DNA of 64,000 bases from Promethearchaeia archaeon (GCA_029856125.1 JAHQWJ010000138.1:1-64000), one strand, 5' to 3'; shown: positions 1 to 11,384, counted from the stretch's first letter. Notes: generated from the sequence alone by a model not told the origin. Translations and numbers: made by a program.

Positions 1-1166
1 AAAACAAAATATATCCTCATTCATTTTTAGGAGCTGGTTGTTATTATCACTATATACCTTCTTTAGTTGATTTTGTGATAAGTCGATCGGAGTTTTATAC
101 TTCATACACACCATACCAAGCAGAAGCTAGTCAAGGCTATTTACAAGCAATTTACGAATATCAGAGCATAATTTCTCGACTAACTGAAATGGAAGTTGCT
201 AACGCGAGTATGTACGATGGATCAACATCCCTTGCAGAGGCAGCTATCATGGCTTCCATTATAACGGGGAAAAATCAAGTAATTTTATTAGAAGGCGTCC
301 ATCCCGAGTATATTGACGTAGTGAAAACCTACTGTTGGGGACAAAACATCCAACTTAAAATTACTTCTGAAGATAAATTGAATGATGTGCTAAACGAAGA
401 TATTGCCGCCGTTATGTTTCAAAGCCCCAATTTTTTTGGAGACATTACCGATGGTTTAGTGATATCAAATAAGGTGAAGGAAAAATATCCCAACTGTTTG
501 TTGATCCAGTGTATGACTGACCCTACATGTTTAGGTCTCTTGAAACCCCCTGGAAAAACTAACATAGACATATTTGTGGCAGAAGGTCAGTCCTTTGGAA
601 TAGATCCTTCATTTGGGGGCCCAGGCTTAGGAATTTTCACAGCAAAAAAGAAATTTCTGAGGAAAATACCGGGAAGATTAGTAGGAAAAACTAAAGAGAT
701 AAATGGTGACCGGGAAGGTTTCTTGTTAACATTACAAGCTCGAGAACAACACATTAGGAGGGAAAAAGCAAGTTCGAACATATGTACAAATCAAGCATTA
801 TGCTCACTATCTGCGCTTATTTATCTTGTCTCATTAGGAAAAACGGGGTTGCGCGAAATTGCTACCCAAAATTTTCAAAAAGCTCATTATGTTAAGAACG
901 CAATAGCTTTAATCCCGGGATACGAAATTTTGAACAAAAAACCAACGTATAACGAATTTATTGTAAGGTGTCCCAACATTAATGGTTTAATTCGAGAATG
1001 CAAAAAAATGAACTTACTTCCTCCTCTTCAAGTATCAACCTATTACCCTGAAATGTCAGATGTTGTTCTGGTTTGTGTAACTGAGCTAAATTCGAGTAGT
1101 TCTATTGAGAAATTCATTAAAGCTGCTAAACTAGCCATAAACAACGAAGAGGAGCGTGCTGACTAA
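1..1166 (+). CDS. gcvPA: Glycine cleavage system P protein subunit 1 (5' partial; runs off the window edge)
   Basis: Frame is open from position 3 ([19 protein letters not shown]...). Motifs [27 protein letters not shown] and [17 protein letters not shown]. Stop overlaps the gcvPB start. Confidence 0.95.
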   Translation, partial: NKIYPHSFLGAGCYYHYIPSLVDFVISRSEFYTSYTPYQAEASQGYLQAIYEYQSIISRLTEMEVANASMYDGSTSLAEAAIMASIITGKNQVILLEGVHPEYIDVVKTYCWGQNIQLKITSEDKLNDVLNEDIAAVMFQSPNFFGDITDGLVISNKVKEKYPNCLLIQCMTDPTCLGLLKPPGKTNIDIFVAEGQSFGIDPSFGGPGLGIFTAKKKFLRKIPGRLVGKTKEINGDREGFLLTLQAREQHIRREKASSNICTNQALCSLSALIYLVSLGKTGLREIATQNFQKAHYVKNAIALIPGYEILNKKPTYNEFIVRCPNINGLIRECKKMNLLPPLQVSTYYPEMSDVVLVCVTELNSSSSIEKFIKAAKLAINNEEERAD

Positions 1167-2602
1167 TGGATGCTAATGAGCATTTAATATTTAATAAGGG
1201 GAATGAGCTTGTTCAACAAAATTTCATCCCAAAACTAGATATTAAATCTGAGAATATAGAAAAAATATTACCCAAAAATCTTATTAGAGATGAACTACGG
1301 ATTCCTGACGTCTCTGAAGTTGAAATCGTACGCCATTATATAAAATTAAGTAAAATTAATTATGGTGTGGATTCTGGAATTTATCCCCTAGGTTCATGCA
1401 CTATGAAATATAATCCAAAAATCAATGAAATCGTAGCAAGAATGACTAGCTTCTCAAAAGTACACCCCCTTCAAGGTGAGAATGAAGGCGCTTTAGAAAT
1501 ATTGTATGAAATTTCACAAATGTTAGGTGAAATTACTGGAATGGATGGTTTTACTTTACAACCAGCGGCTGGAGCACATGGAGAATTAGTAGGGTTATTA
1601 ATTATAAAAAAATATTTTGAAACTAGAGGAATTGTAAAAAATAAAATAATTATTCCAGATTCAGCCCACGGTACTAATCCTGCGTCTGCAAAAATGGCTG
1701 GATTTTCGATAATTGAATTACAATCAAATGAACAGGGTGAAGTTCCTCTAGATCACCTCGAATATGCGATGAAGCAAGGAGATGTAGCGGGAATTATGCT
1801 TACGAATCCAAATACCCTTGGAGTTTTTGATAGGCAAATTAAAGACATAACAAGGATCGTCCATGAACATGGAGGGTTGTGTTATTACGATGGAGCAAAT
1901 ATGAATCCTATGTTAGGGATTTGTCGCCCCAAAGACATGGGATTTGACATTGTTCATTTGAACTTACATAAAACTTTTTCTACGCCTCATGGTGGTGGTG
2001 GGCCTGGTTCTGGACCAGTGGGAGTTATTAACGAATTAATTCCCTATCTTCCTATACCTTGTATTGTATCAACAGATAAAGGATTAGTCTGTAATCATGA
2101 AAACCACGAATCAATAGGGAGAATTAAAGCTTTTTGGGGTAATTTTAGCATAGTTTTAAGGGCTTATGTTTATATCATTTCTCTAGGTGGTGATGGATTA
2201 AAACGAGTTGGACAAATTGCGGTATTAAATGCTAATTATCTGAAAACTCTGCTTAAGAAAAAATATAATCTTCCATACGACAGAATTTGTCAGCACGAAT
2301 TTGTCCTATCTGATAAGTACTTACCAAATGAGATTACTACTGAAGACATAGCAAAACGGATTCTGGATTATGGTTTTTATGCTCCAACAATTTATTTTCC
2401 ACTAGTTGTTAATGGAGCTCTAATGGTTGAACCAACAGAAACAGAATCAAAAGACTCTTTAGACAAATTTGTTGAAGTTATGAACCAAATTCACGACGAA
2501 GCGCTAAATAAACCAGAAAAACTAAAAAATGCGCCATCTAATACACCTATTGGACGCCTTGACGCAGTAAATGCTGCCAGAAAGCCGATATTGCACGATT
2601 AA
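1166..2602 (+). CDS. gcvPB: Glycine cleavage system P protein subunit 2
   Basis: PLGSCTMKYNP, QPAAGAHGE, SAHGTNPAS, and the PLP-lysine motif HLNLHKTFSTPHGGGGPG. Confidence 0.96.
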   Translation: MDANEHLIFNKGNELVQQNFIPKLDIKSENIEKILPKNLIRDELRIPDVSEVEIVRHYIKLSKINYGVDSGIYPLGSCTMKYNPKINEIVARMTSFSKVHPLQGENEGALEILYEISQMLGEITGMDGFTLQPAAGAHGELVGLLIIKKYFETRGIVKNKIIIPDSAHGTNPASAKMAGFSIIELQSNEQGEVPLDHLEYAMKQGDVAGIMLTNPNTLGVFDRQIKDITRIVHEHGGLCYYDGANMNPMLGICRPKDMGFDIVHLNLHKTFSTPHGGGGPGSGPVGVINELIPYLPIPCIVSTDKGLVCNHENHESIGRIKAFWGNFSIVLRAYVYIISLGGDGLKRVGQIAVLNANYLKTLLKKKYNLPYDRICQHEFVLSDKYLPNEITTEDIAKRILDYGFYAPTIYFPLVVNGALMVEPTETESKDSLDKFVEVMNQIHDEALNKPEKLKNAPSNTPIGRLDAVNAARKPILHD

Positions 2603-2675
2603 TTACAATTAAAAATCTATATCGAAAGTAGTAATAATAATTATAAAAAAATATAAACTAAATGAAGTTGCTTTT

Positions 2676-3539
2676 TTAAATTATTGAACCTGAAAGAGAA
2701 TGTTTGCATGTGCACTCGTTTTCAAAATCAATTTTGGGTATTGTTAGTTCTAACATTTTCATTAAGTTTACTGAGTTTTTCTCCATAGTATTTAAAATTT
2801 CTTCTATACTCACAGCAAGTTTCTTTACGGGCCCTCCACATGTCTCACAATATTCTTTAATTTCCACGACTCCACAGTTCTGGCATTCACCTGCCCATAC
2901 ATCTAAGTCTGTTACCATGGCAATACAACAGTAAAAAATCTCTTTTTCAGCTGCGAGGACTACTTCAGGGTAGGTTGTCATTCCTATGATATCTCCTCCC
3001 CATTGTCTAAACATTTTAGATTCGGCTCTTGTCGAAAATCGAGGACCTTCAATACAAACATATGTACCACCATTTAAAATATCTAATCCTTCAATATTTT
3101 TTCCAGTTTCGTAAAATAGATTATTAAGATAGCTACAATATGGATCAGCTTGGTTAATATGACACACTTGCCCACCTTCATAAAAAGTATCTAACCTCTT
3201 TTTGGTTCTATCTATATATTGATCTACCATGATAAATCTACCTTTATCATGCTCCTTTTTTAAAGATCCAACAGCTGATGGGGAGATAATACCCTTAACT
3301 CCCAATTCTTTCAATGCCCATATATTAGCTCTAGAATTTACATTGTGTGGTGGTAATGTATGACCTTTACCATGGCGCGAAATAAATGCAACTTTTTTAT
3401 CTTTAAACTCTCCAACTTGAACAAAATCAGAAGTGTGGCCATAAGGTGTATATATTTTCAGCTCTTCAACATTTTCGAGTTTTATATCCGATCCTGTTCC
3501 GCCAATTATTCCAATTTCAGCTTTACCTTCAAATTTCAT
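2676..3539 (-). CDS. mtnP: 5'-methylthioadenosine phosphorylase with a CxxC-CxxC insertion
   Basis: GIIGGTG, RHGKGHTLPPH, EGPRFSTRAES, IIGMT..PE, VTDLD. Confidence 0.92.
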   Translation of the reverse strand: MKFEGKAEIGIIGGTGSDIKLENVEELKIYTPYGHTSDFVQVGEFKDKKVAFISRHGKGHTLPPHNVNSRANIWALKELGVKGIISPSAVGSLKKEHDKGRFIMVDQYIDRTKKRLDTFYEGGQVCHINQADPYCSYLNNLFYETGKNIEGLDILNGGTYVCIEGPRFSTRAESKMFRQWGGDIIGMTTYPEVVLAAEKEIFYCCIAMVTDLDVWAGECQNCGVVEIKEYCETCGGPVKKLAVSIEEILNTMEKNSVNLMKMLELTIPKIDFENECTCKHSLSGSII

Positions 3540-3660
3540 AATTTATATCCTATTTTTTTATGTTTGAATTTAACTAAATAAAAAACTTGATATTTTTGGA
3601 TTGTTTTAACTATGTAAAAAGTTTTTTGATATTTATTAAAAATTACTAGAGTTTTTTCAC

Positions 3661-4965
3661 ATGGTAAAAATTACATTTTTAGGGTGTTGTAGAGAAGTTG
3701 GACGCTCAGCAATATTAATCGAATCAAAAAATGGAGCGCAATGCATTCTAGATTACGGGATTCGATTTAAAGGGGAAGAACGGTTACCACTTAACGGAGA
3801 AATCCATAATCTTAAAGCAGTTGCTCTTTCTCATTGTCACGTTGACCATTCTGGAGGAGTACCATTTTTATTTAAAGATAGAGATGTCCCGTTTTTCACC
3901 AATCCATTAACACTAAGAGTTTCAGAAATCTTACTTGAAGATATGATTAAAATTTCCAATTATCCCTACCCTTTCGGATACAGGGAGCTTAAAAAAACTA
4001 GAAAAAACGCTTTATTTTTAAAAAATGGAGTACGCCAAAAAATAGATCATGAATTTTATCTTACTTTTTTCAGCGCAGGACATATCCCTGGAAGTGTTTC
4101 TATATTAGTTGAAGTCGATAAGAAGAAAATACTTTATACCGGCGACATCAACAACCAAGAAACAAACCTAATTTCTCCAGCTAACGCTCAGGATATACCC
4201 GAGATAGATGCTCTAATTACAGAATCCACATATTCTGATAGAGAACATCCCTTAAGAGAAGAACTCGAAAAAAAATTTATAGAAGACACAGTAAACATCA
4301 TTGATAACGGTGGAAGTGTTTTAGTTCCTGCTTTTGGAGTTGCTCGATCACAAGAAATTTTACTTGTTTTAGAAAAGTACAATTACAAAAATGACATTTA
4401 CATCGACGGATTAGCAAGGAAAATTTTAACAGAGTATTCTGAATTTCCTGAATCTTTCCGGGATTTTACTCGCTATAAGTCAGCCGCGAAAAAAGCTCAA
4501 TTTGTTTCTAGAGAAAAGAGAAAGAAAATAGGAGGAAAGTCGCAAGCTTTGATTATATCACCGTCGGGTATGTTAAAAGGTGGAGCTGCTATAGATTATA
4601 TCCCAACTTTTTTAGATGATCCAAAATCTGCTGTTTTTTTAGTTGGGTATCAAGTAGAGGGGACACCTGGTAGAAAATTAGTTGATGAAAAAATCTTTGA
4701 GTTTAAAGAGAAAGGCAAAAGAAACTACCCATCCCGAGATATGTTTATCAAAGCAAAGTGTAAAATAGAATACTTTGACTTCTCAAGTCACGCAGATAAA
4801 GTCCATATAAACGATTATATTAATAAACTTAAATTCCGCAATAATTCTAAATTTGTGTTTTGCGTACACGGAGATGAGAAATCAACAACTTCCTTTGCTC
4901 ACAATTTATCAAAAAAAAATTATAATTCTGTAGCACCAGAGATAGGAGAAAGCTATATCTTATAA
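3661..4965 (+). CDS. Metallo-beta-lactamase / beta-CASP ribonuclease (aCPSF2-like)
   Basis: EVGRSA, SHCHVDH, AGHIPG, YTGD, ESTY, GMLKGG, FSSHAD, VHGD; no KH domains. Confidence 0.88.
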   Translation: MVKITFLGCCREVGRSAILIESKNGAQCILDYGIRFKGEERLPLNGEIHNLKAVALSHCHVDHSGGVPFLFKDRDVPFFTNPLTLRVSEILLEDMIKISNYPYPFGYRELKKTRKNALFLKNGVRQKIDHEFYLTFFSAGHIPGSVSILVEVDKKKILYTGDINNQETNLISPANAQDIPEIDALITESTYSDREHPLREELEKKFIEDTVNIIDNGGSVLVPAFGVARSQEILLVLEKYNYKNDIYIDGLARKILTEYSEFPESFRDFTRYKSAAKKAQFVSREKRKKIGGKSQALIISPSGMLKGGAAIDYIPTFLDDPKSAVFLVGYQVEGTPGRKLVDEKIFEFKEKGKRNYPSRDMFIKAKCKIEYFDFSSHADKVHINDYINKLKFRNNSKFVFCVHGDEKSTTSFAHNLSKKNYNSVAPEIGESYIL

Positions 4966-4989
4966 AAAGTAATATTTTAAATCAAATTT

Positions 4990-6507
4990 CTAATTCTCTC
5001 GCAATTGTTTTTCAATCACGCTATCACAATTTTCTAAAAAAACATCTATTTTATTTATTGGTACTTTCGTACCTGCTGCTGGGGGATGCCCACCTCCAAG
5101 CGCTTCTAAATTCGAAAGTTCTAAAGCTTCTCTAATTGCTTCTGAAAGATTTACACCCTTTTCCACAATATCTTTGTGAGCTCTCCCCGATATTTTGAAC
5201 ACTTCCTCGTCCTTTCTTTTTGCGCACCCAAAAATTGGTTTATTTATGTCAATAATACCACTTTTACTAAATATTAACATGGAAGCAATCGTACCCACAA
5301 TGTTTTCAAAGATAACATTTTCGCCAAAAAAATATTGGATATTGTTTTTGTATTGGATTTTATTCTCATCCTTTAACCACGATAACGCTTGACCTAAAGA
5401 TTTCTTATAATTTAATAAATGATCTTTTGCTTTGTTATAAGCAATTTTTCTATCTCCCATTGCTATAGCAATTCCTAAAGATGCGTTATCACTCCTTCCA
5501 CATGAATTCAAAAGATACGCAAAATCATTTAAATCATGCAATTGCGATCCCACAATTTCATTCTTTAATACATACTTACTTACGATAAGCTTCTCTATAA
5601 TTTCAGAAGGCTCTATATCTAACTTAAGAGACATATACTCTATAATAGCAGAAGAAACTTTTTGTTTTTCTTCTTGATTAAGGTCGTTCAGTGTTTTTAT
5701 ATCTCCTTGCGAAGTTTCCATTAAAATTCCTAATGATTTTAAGAATTTTAGCATTTTACTTGTATTATCACTTAATCCTGGAAGAGTTATTTCACTTGAA
5801 TATGAGATTGCTTCATTTAAAGGCTTAATCGATGAAAAATTTAAATCGTTGCTTACTTCAAGTAAATCTGCTTTGGTGGCATGTTCTAAAATTACAGCAT
5901 TTAATCCAATAAAAGAATTATTAGGGCCTCGACATTGAACATCTCCCGTTGCTCCTACAAGTGCAATAGGAGATAAATCGAAATTTTTCTGATTTAAAGA
6001 TTTTACAAAAAAATAACACATCCCCGCCCCTGAAATTTCACCGCTACCATCAAATTCGTAAAAATAAGGGTTGATGTGCCAAGGTCTTGAATTAGAGTAA
6101 ATTTCTTTAATTTTACTATCGTTTTTATCTGAGACATTTTGAGGCAAATGGTGATCCAATATAATAAAAGGAACATTATTATCGAGATTATTCAGCTTTT
6201 CAGTGAGCTCTAAATACTGACCGCTTCCAAAATCAGCAAAGATTAAGAATTTCTTACTATCTTTAGAATTTTCTGCAATTTTTATTATCTCTTCTCTTTC
6301 CAATTGTTTTAAAACGGTTATCTGAAATGGAATTTTATCTCTATATAAAGCTTTTCCGAGAATCGCTCCAGCAGATAATCCATCAGCATCAAGATGGGTA
6401 TAGATATGTACGGTTGATTCTAATTTTTGTAGATGGTCTATAAACCAATTTTTAGTCTTTTTAAGATCGGAATTTAATAACTCAAGGTTTTTTGTTTTTT
6501 TATTCAT
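4990..6507 (-). CDS. DHH/DHHA1 phosphoesterase, archaeal RecJ/Cdc45-like nuclease
   Basis: HLDADG, DFGSG, LDHH, GATGD, and the C-terminal GGGHPPAAG. Confidence 0.9.
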   Translation of the reverse strand: MNKKTKNLELLNSDLKKTKNWFIDHLQKLESTVHIYTHLDADGLSAGAILGKALYRDKIPFQITVLKQLEREEIIKIAENSKDSKKFLIFADFGSGQYLELTEKLNNLDNNVPFIILDHHLPQNVSDKNDSKIKEIYSNSRPWHINPYFYEFDGSGEISGAGMCYFFVKSLNQKNFDLSPIALVGATGDVQCRGPNNSFIGLNAVILEHATKADLLEVSNDLNFSSIKPLNEAISYSSEITLPGLSDNTSKMLKFLKSLGILMETSQGDIKTLNDLNQEEKQKVSSAIIEYMSLKLDIEPSEIIEKLIVSKYVLKNEIVGSQLHDLNDFAYLLNSCGRSDNASLGIAIAMGDRKIAYNKAKDHLLNYKKSLGQALSWLKDENKIQYKNNIQYFFGENVIFENIVGTIASMLIFSKSGIIDINKPIFGCAKRKDEEVFKISGRAHKDIVEKGVNLSEAIREALELSNLEALGGGHPPAAGTKVPINKIDVFLENCDSVIEKQLREN

Positions 6508-6591
6508 TTTTTATAAAATTTTAAAATAAACTTAATTTAATATATTAAAATAAGATTTTAATAATAAATACTCAATTAAAAAAAATATTAA

Positions 6592-7599
6592 GTGAAAAAT
6601 ATGACACACCACATTAAAATAAACGAGTTAGCTTTAAGAATTGTTAACAAAATAATAGGAAATAAAGACTACTATAAAACAGAAATAATTCAATATGATA
6701 ATGGAGCAACCGTCTTAGATATGACAAATGCATCTTGGAACGGAGGAAAATTAGTTGGAGAAATTTGTATGGGTGGGTTAGGAACGGTCGATTTTGCATC
6801 TTATAAATTAAACGAACATTTTATACCGTGTGTTAATGTTCATACCTCACAACCACTGATATCTTGTATGGCGTCACAATTAGCTGGATGGAATGTAAAA
6901 TTAAAAAAAGAAGTTGAAAAGGACGGACAAATTAAAAAAAAAAAAGTATTTGAATCTTTGGGATCAGGACCAGCCCGAGCAAAAAGTAAAGTTGAGAAAT
7001 TATTTGATGAAATTAACTATGATGATGAATCTGATTGTGCCATTATCGTTTTTGAAACTCCAAAACTACCAACTGAAGAAGTAATGGCTTTGGTAGCCGA
7101 AAAATGCAGAGTTGGACCCGATAAAACGTATGCACTTTGTGCTCCTACAGCGTGTTTAACCGGCTCTATACAAGTAGCTGCGAGAATAGTCGAAACTGGA
7201 ATGCATAAATTACACGAAATCAAATTTCCTCTTGATGTCATTAAGGATGGTTTTGGAACGACAACGATTGCCCCGATTGCGAAAGACGACCTTGGAGCCA
7301 TGGGGCGAACTAATGATTCCATCATAGCTGCGGGTATGACATATTATACTATAGAAGTTGAAAAAGACGAACAAGATGATTTATTCGAATTACTGAAAAA
7401 AGCTCCTGCTAATACCTCAAAAAGTTATGGAAGACCATTTTTAGAGACATTTAAAGCAGCTGATTACGATTTCTATGCAATTGATCCTGGTTTATTTGCT
7501 CCGGCAACTTATACTGTAACAAATATAAAAACCGGAAAGAGCGCTACTGTTGGTGAAATTAACCATAAATTATTAAAGGAGTCCTATAATTTAAACTAG
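6592..7599 (+). CDS. mch: Methenyltetrahydromethanopterin cyclohydrolase
   Basis: ICMGGLG, CMASQLAGW, GSGPARA, GSIQVAARIVETGMHK, AMGRTND, FYAIDPGLFAPA. Confidence 0.94.
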   Translation: MKNMTHHIKINELALRIVNKIIGNKDYYKTEIIQYDNGATVLDMTNASWNGGKLVGEICMGGLGTVDFASYKLNEHFIPCVNVHTSQPLISCMASQLAGWNVKLKKEVEKDGQIKKKKVFESLGSGPARAKSKVEKLFDEINYDDESDCAIIVFETPKLPTEEVMALVAEKCRVGPDKTYALCAPTACLTGSIQVAARIVETGMHKLHEIKFPLDVIKDGFGTTTIAPIAKDDLGAMGRTNDSIIAAGMTYYTIEVEKDEQDDLFELLKKAPANTSKSYGRPFLETFKAADYDFYAIDPGLFAPATYTVTNIKTGKSATVGEINHKLLKESYNLN

Positions 7600-7660
7600 A
7601 AGTTGTTTTGTAAATTTATCTTCTAATTTCTTTTAATTTTATTTGTAATCAAACTAAAAT

Positions 7661-8842
7661 TTAAAAATTAGTTAACTCGTGTTGATATTTTAATATCTCT
7701 GCATCAGAAATATCTTTGTCAAATTCTATTTCTTGAGGGACCCCCAAGTATGCACACGCAATTTTAGCAGCAGCAGCGATTTCCGCTTTTTTTAATGTTA
7801 ATGAATATTCATCTACTGATTGTACTGGATCTTCATAATTTGTTCGACGAAGAGTACCTCTAGTTTGAAAATTTTCCTCGTAATTCGATACGTCATGGTT
7901 TTTCTTTTCTCTTAGCTGAAATGACCTCTCAGATTTCATTTTATACAATAAAGACCCCATTTTATCAGCAACATTAAAAGGTAGGTCATTATGCACTATC
8001 AATCTTATCATGTTGTTGATGTCAAAATAATTTAGAGTATCATATTTAACTCTTAAATAACTTTTTAGGTTATCTGGGTTTGCTTGACATTCGATTTCAG
8101 TCCAATCATGAATTGCTAGTCTTCTTCTAAAAAAAATCAATTCCCAATCTATACCGAGTTCTTTTAAAAATTCAAGTAGTTTATTGCTGTTTGGTTTTCT
8201 TGATTCTATTATTATAAATAACTGCAAACCGTAATATTTATGTTCTTGTTGGAGAAAATATCCTCGTTGTTGCATAGACGCGAGAATTTTGATTTTGATA
8301 GAATAAATATCGTCAGATACATCTCTCTTCTCACACTTTAAGTAAATCACGTTTCCCTCTTCACTCACATATTCACTATCTAAAAAGCCTAAGATACTTT
8401 CATCATTTTCTTTGATAAAATTTTTCAAACCGGTTAAAGTTGGTTTAACATCGTATTTTATTAAATCTTTTTCTCTGATTGAAACATAATCATTTTTACT
8501 TCCCCCTACTGCCAATTTGATGGAACGTAGCTTTAACTCTTTCTCTTCTCCAAAAACAATTTTAAACGCATCTATTAGTGGAAATACTTCTTCTTCCAAT
8601 ATGTTAAGAGTAGCCATCGAACTTTCAAATGGTTGGGGATTCTCCGAAATTTTGTTTAGTACTGGTGCTTCAGATGCATCTACTTCAATATCATAGTCTT
8701 TTGCTAAATTCTTCCGAACGATACAGATTGCTCTCCTTTTTTCGTTATACATAGAAAGAGTAGTTGAATTGTCAATAACCGCCCGAAATTGTTCAGTGGA
8801 TTTCTCTTCAGATCCTTTAGACTTAAGTTTTCTTTTTCCCAT
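7661..8842 (-). CDS. Hypothetical protein (393 aa)
   Basis: Long ORF with protein-like composition; no family recognised. Confidence 0.7.
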   Translation of the reverse strand: MGKRKLKSKGSEEKSTEQFRAVIDNSTTLSMYNEKRRAICIVRKNLAKDYDIEVDASEAPVLNKISENPQPFESSMATLNILEEEVFPLIDAFKIVFGEEKELKLRSIKLAVGGSKNDYVSIREKDLIKYDVKPTLTGLKNFIKENDESILGFLDSEYVSEEGNVIYLKCEKRDVSDDIYSIKIKILASMQQRGYFLQQEHKYYGLQLFIIIESRKPNSNKLLEFLKELGIDWELIFFRRRLAIHDWTEIECQANPDNLKSYLRVKYDTLNYFDINNMIRLIVHNDLPFNVADKMGSLLYKMKSERSFQLREKKNHDVSNYEENFQTRGTLRRTNYEDPVQSVDEYSLTLKKAEIAAAAKIACAYLGVPQEIEFDKDISDAEILKYQHELTNF

Positions 8843-9130
8843 AAGCGCAACCGACGAATAACGAATGATTTATTCTTTCTCTGTTTAAGTAAAAAAATAG
8901 CGTTCTTATAATTTTATGTATATGGAATTATAATAGTCTTTAATTTGGTCTTTTAGCTCTATTAATTACTTAATTTCTCTCTATTAAAAATAATAAAGAC
9001 TCTTAATTTACTATTATATTAATTGCTTCTTAAAACTGAGAACGACATAGTTCTACTCAAAATATAGATAGGAAAAATTAGCTCATATAGGAAAGGACCG
9101 TTAAACAATGGTATTAAATTATTTTATGTA

Positions 9131-9310
9131 TTAATCTAATTCCTCTTCTAAATAATAGTTTTCATCTTTTTTAATATACACAACTGTTGAGCCAAAATTA
9201 TTACGAACCGTATATTTAGTATCGTCAACTTCTAATAATTCTATCGAATATGGTATTCTTCTATTTTTTAGAATATCTTCAACAATCCTTTTTTCTTCTA
9301 AAGCATCCAT
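9131..9310 (-). CDS. Small hypothetical protein (about 59 aa from the internal ATG)
   Basis: ORF MDALEEKRIVEDILKNRRIPY... lies alone in an intergenic gap and has protein-like composition. Confidence 0.6.
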   Translation of the reverse strand: MDALEEKRIVEDILKNRRIPYSIELLEVDDTKYTVRNNFGSTVVYIKKDENYYLEEELD

Positions 9311-9319
9311 ATCTATAAT

Positions 9320-9356
9320 TATCAAACAATCAAAAAAAATTTTTTGATTTTTGATA
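9320..9356. repeat. AT-rich inverted repeat, 17-bp arms with a one-nucleotide bulge
   Basis: TATCAAA-C-AATCAAAAAA-AA-TTTTTTGATT-TTTGATA, read directly from the sequence. Confidence 0.6.
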
Positions 9357-9382
9357 GAATTAGTACTTTTATTTTACTATTA

Positions 9383-9865
9383 CTATTCCGAAGCCTTTCC
9401 TGTAATTAAGTGAATCTCTAATTTTAGTAAGCAAGTGTTTTTATAAGATTCTTCACTTTTAAAGAATCTTTTCTTTAATTTACTTGGATTATCTTCTAAA
9501 TGTGTTAACATTATATCAAATGCATGCTTTTTTTCATCCAAGATTTCTACAAAAGTCATATCTCCCCAAAAAACAATGGAGCGGTATTTATGAGAGCAAG
9601 CACTCTTAACATAGCCTAAATCCTCTAAGATTGTGCCACAAACTTTTTGATTTTCCTTTAAAAACTCTAGTTTTAATCCATTTTGAGCGCTATGAAAGTA
9701 CAAGCAATTATTTATCTCGTCAAAACCATAACTAAGCGTTACGATATATGGTTCGTCGTTTCTACACATAGAAATTGTTGAAAACTTTCCGTTTTTCAAA
9801 ATTTCCAAGTAGATTCTTTTATCTAAAATTTCCCTCTCCTTTTTTTCCATATGATATTTTTGCAT
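9383..9865 (-). CDS. Pyridoxamine 5'-phosphate oxidase-like / NimA-family flavin-binding protein
   Basis: PYIVTLSYG, LYFHSAQNGLK, YRSIVFWG, ITGK. Confidence 0.85.
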   Translation of the reverse strand: MQKYHMEKKEREILDKRIYLEILKNGKFSTISMCRNDEPYIVTLSYGFDEINNCLYFHSAQNGLKLEFLKENQKVCGTILEDLGYVKSACSHKYRSIVFWGDMTFVEILDEKKHAFDIMLTHLEDNPSKLKKRFFKSEESYKNTCLLKLEIHLITGKASE

Positions 9866-10136
9866 AGCTATTACTCACCTAAATATACAAATTTAATATC
9901 GAAATTAACCATGATTAAAAATTACTGATTAGCAATAATTCCTCTGGATATTACTAATATTTAAAAAAATAGTTTCAATTTAAAAATATCACATATAAAA
10001 CTAACGGTTTTAACGATTTTATTAAGAAACTGTGAAAATTTTAATAAAAGAAAGAGTTTAATTAGAAACAATTTAACTAGATATATGTCTAAATATATGT
10101 AATACTATTAATGATATTTATTAGGGGTCTACAGTC

Positions 10137-11384
10137 GTGGTTAAAAATATTCTTGATATTGGTTTTTTCAGCACTATGTATAGCCAAATCAACGGGACCG
10201 CTCACGCAGTAAGATTTCTATCCGAAGCAATCGCTAATCTTGGACACAATGTTCATGTCTTTGCACCAAGAATTCAAAATGGTTACAAAATACCGAAAAC
10301 ATTGCATTTTCACGAAATTGGAGGTGCTATTATTGGTCATAATACCGGTTTTGTTCTTAGTGCTCCTATACATAAAATATTTTTCTGTAAACATGACTAT
10401 TTAGATGTTGCCCATATTCATACACATGCTGTTGTAGGGACAATGGCTATAAATTGGGCTAAATATTTGGGTATTCCAATGATAGGGACACACAATAGCC
10501 CAATGCAATACTATACTGCTCAGTATGTTCCCGTAATTGGGAAGCTATTAACAAAAGGCGACCTGATCTGGAGATACGAACGCCACATTGTCGATAAATA
10601 TGATTTTGTTCATGTCGCTACAAAATCCAAAAAAGATTTACTCCGAGATTATAGGTTCAAGGAACCAATTGTTTGCATGACCAACGGAATTCGCGACTTA
10701 TATTACACAAATTTAAAAGAAAATGGAATTCGGGAGAAATATGGATTAGAAGGAAAGAAAGTTCTTTTATACGCATCACGATTATCTCCTGAAAAACATC
10801 CTATAGATGTTATTAAAACCTTTAAAAGAGTTCATGATGAAGTCCCTGATGCTCATCTTTTGTTAGTTGGGAGTGCTGGACCTTCAAAGGACCAAGTAAA
10901 AAGAATAATTAAAAAGAAACCGTATAGAGATTTCGTATCTTATGCTGGAAGAGTTCCTTTTCCCGATTTATTAAAATTATACAATACTGCGGATTTAACT
11001 TGTTTATGGTCGTGGATTGAAGCTGAAGGACTTGTTTTGCTAGAAGCAATGGCTCAAGGAACTCCAAGTGTTGGAGCTAATGCATGCGGAATCAGTAATA
11101 TAATTCGACACGGTAAAACTGGTTATTTAGCCAATAATCTTGATCAGTTTAAAGATTACATTGTTAAATTGTTAAAAAATGATGATCTTAGGGCTGAGTT
11201 TGGACAAAACGCAAAAAAAATTGCTCAAGATTATAGAGTAAATGAGATCGCAAAAACTTGGATTAAACTATACAAATTTACAATTGATCAACTTTATCCA
11301 TTACGATACAATAAAGCCGATAGGAAAGTTCGTGTTGAATTAGTAAAAGAGTTTATACACCAATTACCTCATGTTACTTTTTAA
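10137..11384 (+). CDS. Glycosyltransferase family 4
   Basis: INGTA, HIHT, RLSPEKH, EAEGLVLLEAMAQGTP. Confidence 0.9.
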   Translation: MVKNILDIGFFSTMYSQINGTAHAVRFLSEAIANLGHNVHVFAPRIQNGYKIPKTLHFHEIGGAIIGHNTGFVLSAPIHKIFFCKHDYLDVAHIHTHAVVGTMAINWAKYLGIPMIGTHNSPMQYYTAQYVPVIGKLLTKGDLIWRYERHIVDKYDFVHVATKSKKDLLRDYRFKEPIVCMTNGIRDLYYTNLKENGIREKYGLEGKKVLLYASRLSPEKHPIDVIKTFKRVHDEVPDAHLLLVGSAGPSKDQVKRIIKKKPYRDFVSYAGRVPFPDLLKLYNTADLTCLWSWIEAEGLVLLEAMAQGTPSVGANACGISNIIRHGKTGYLANNLDQFKDYIVKLLKNDDLRAEFGQNAKKIAQDYRVNEIAKTWIKLYKFTIDQLYPLRYNKADRKVRVELVKEFIHQLPHVTF

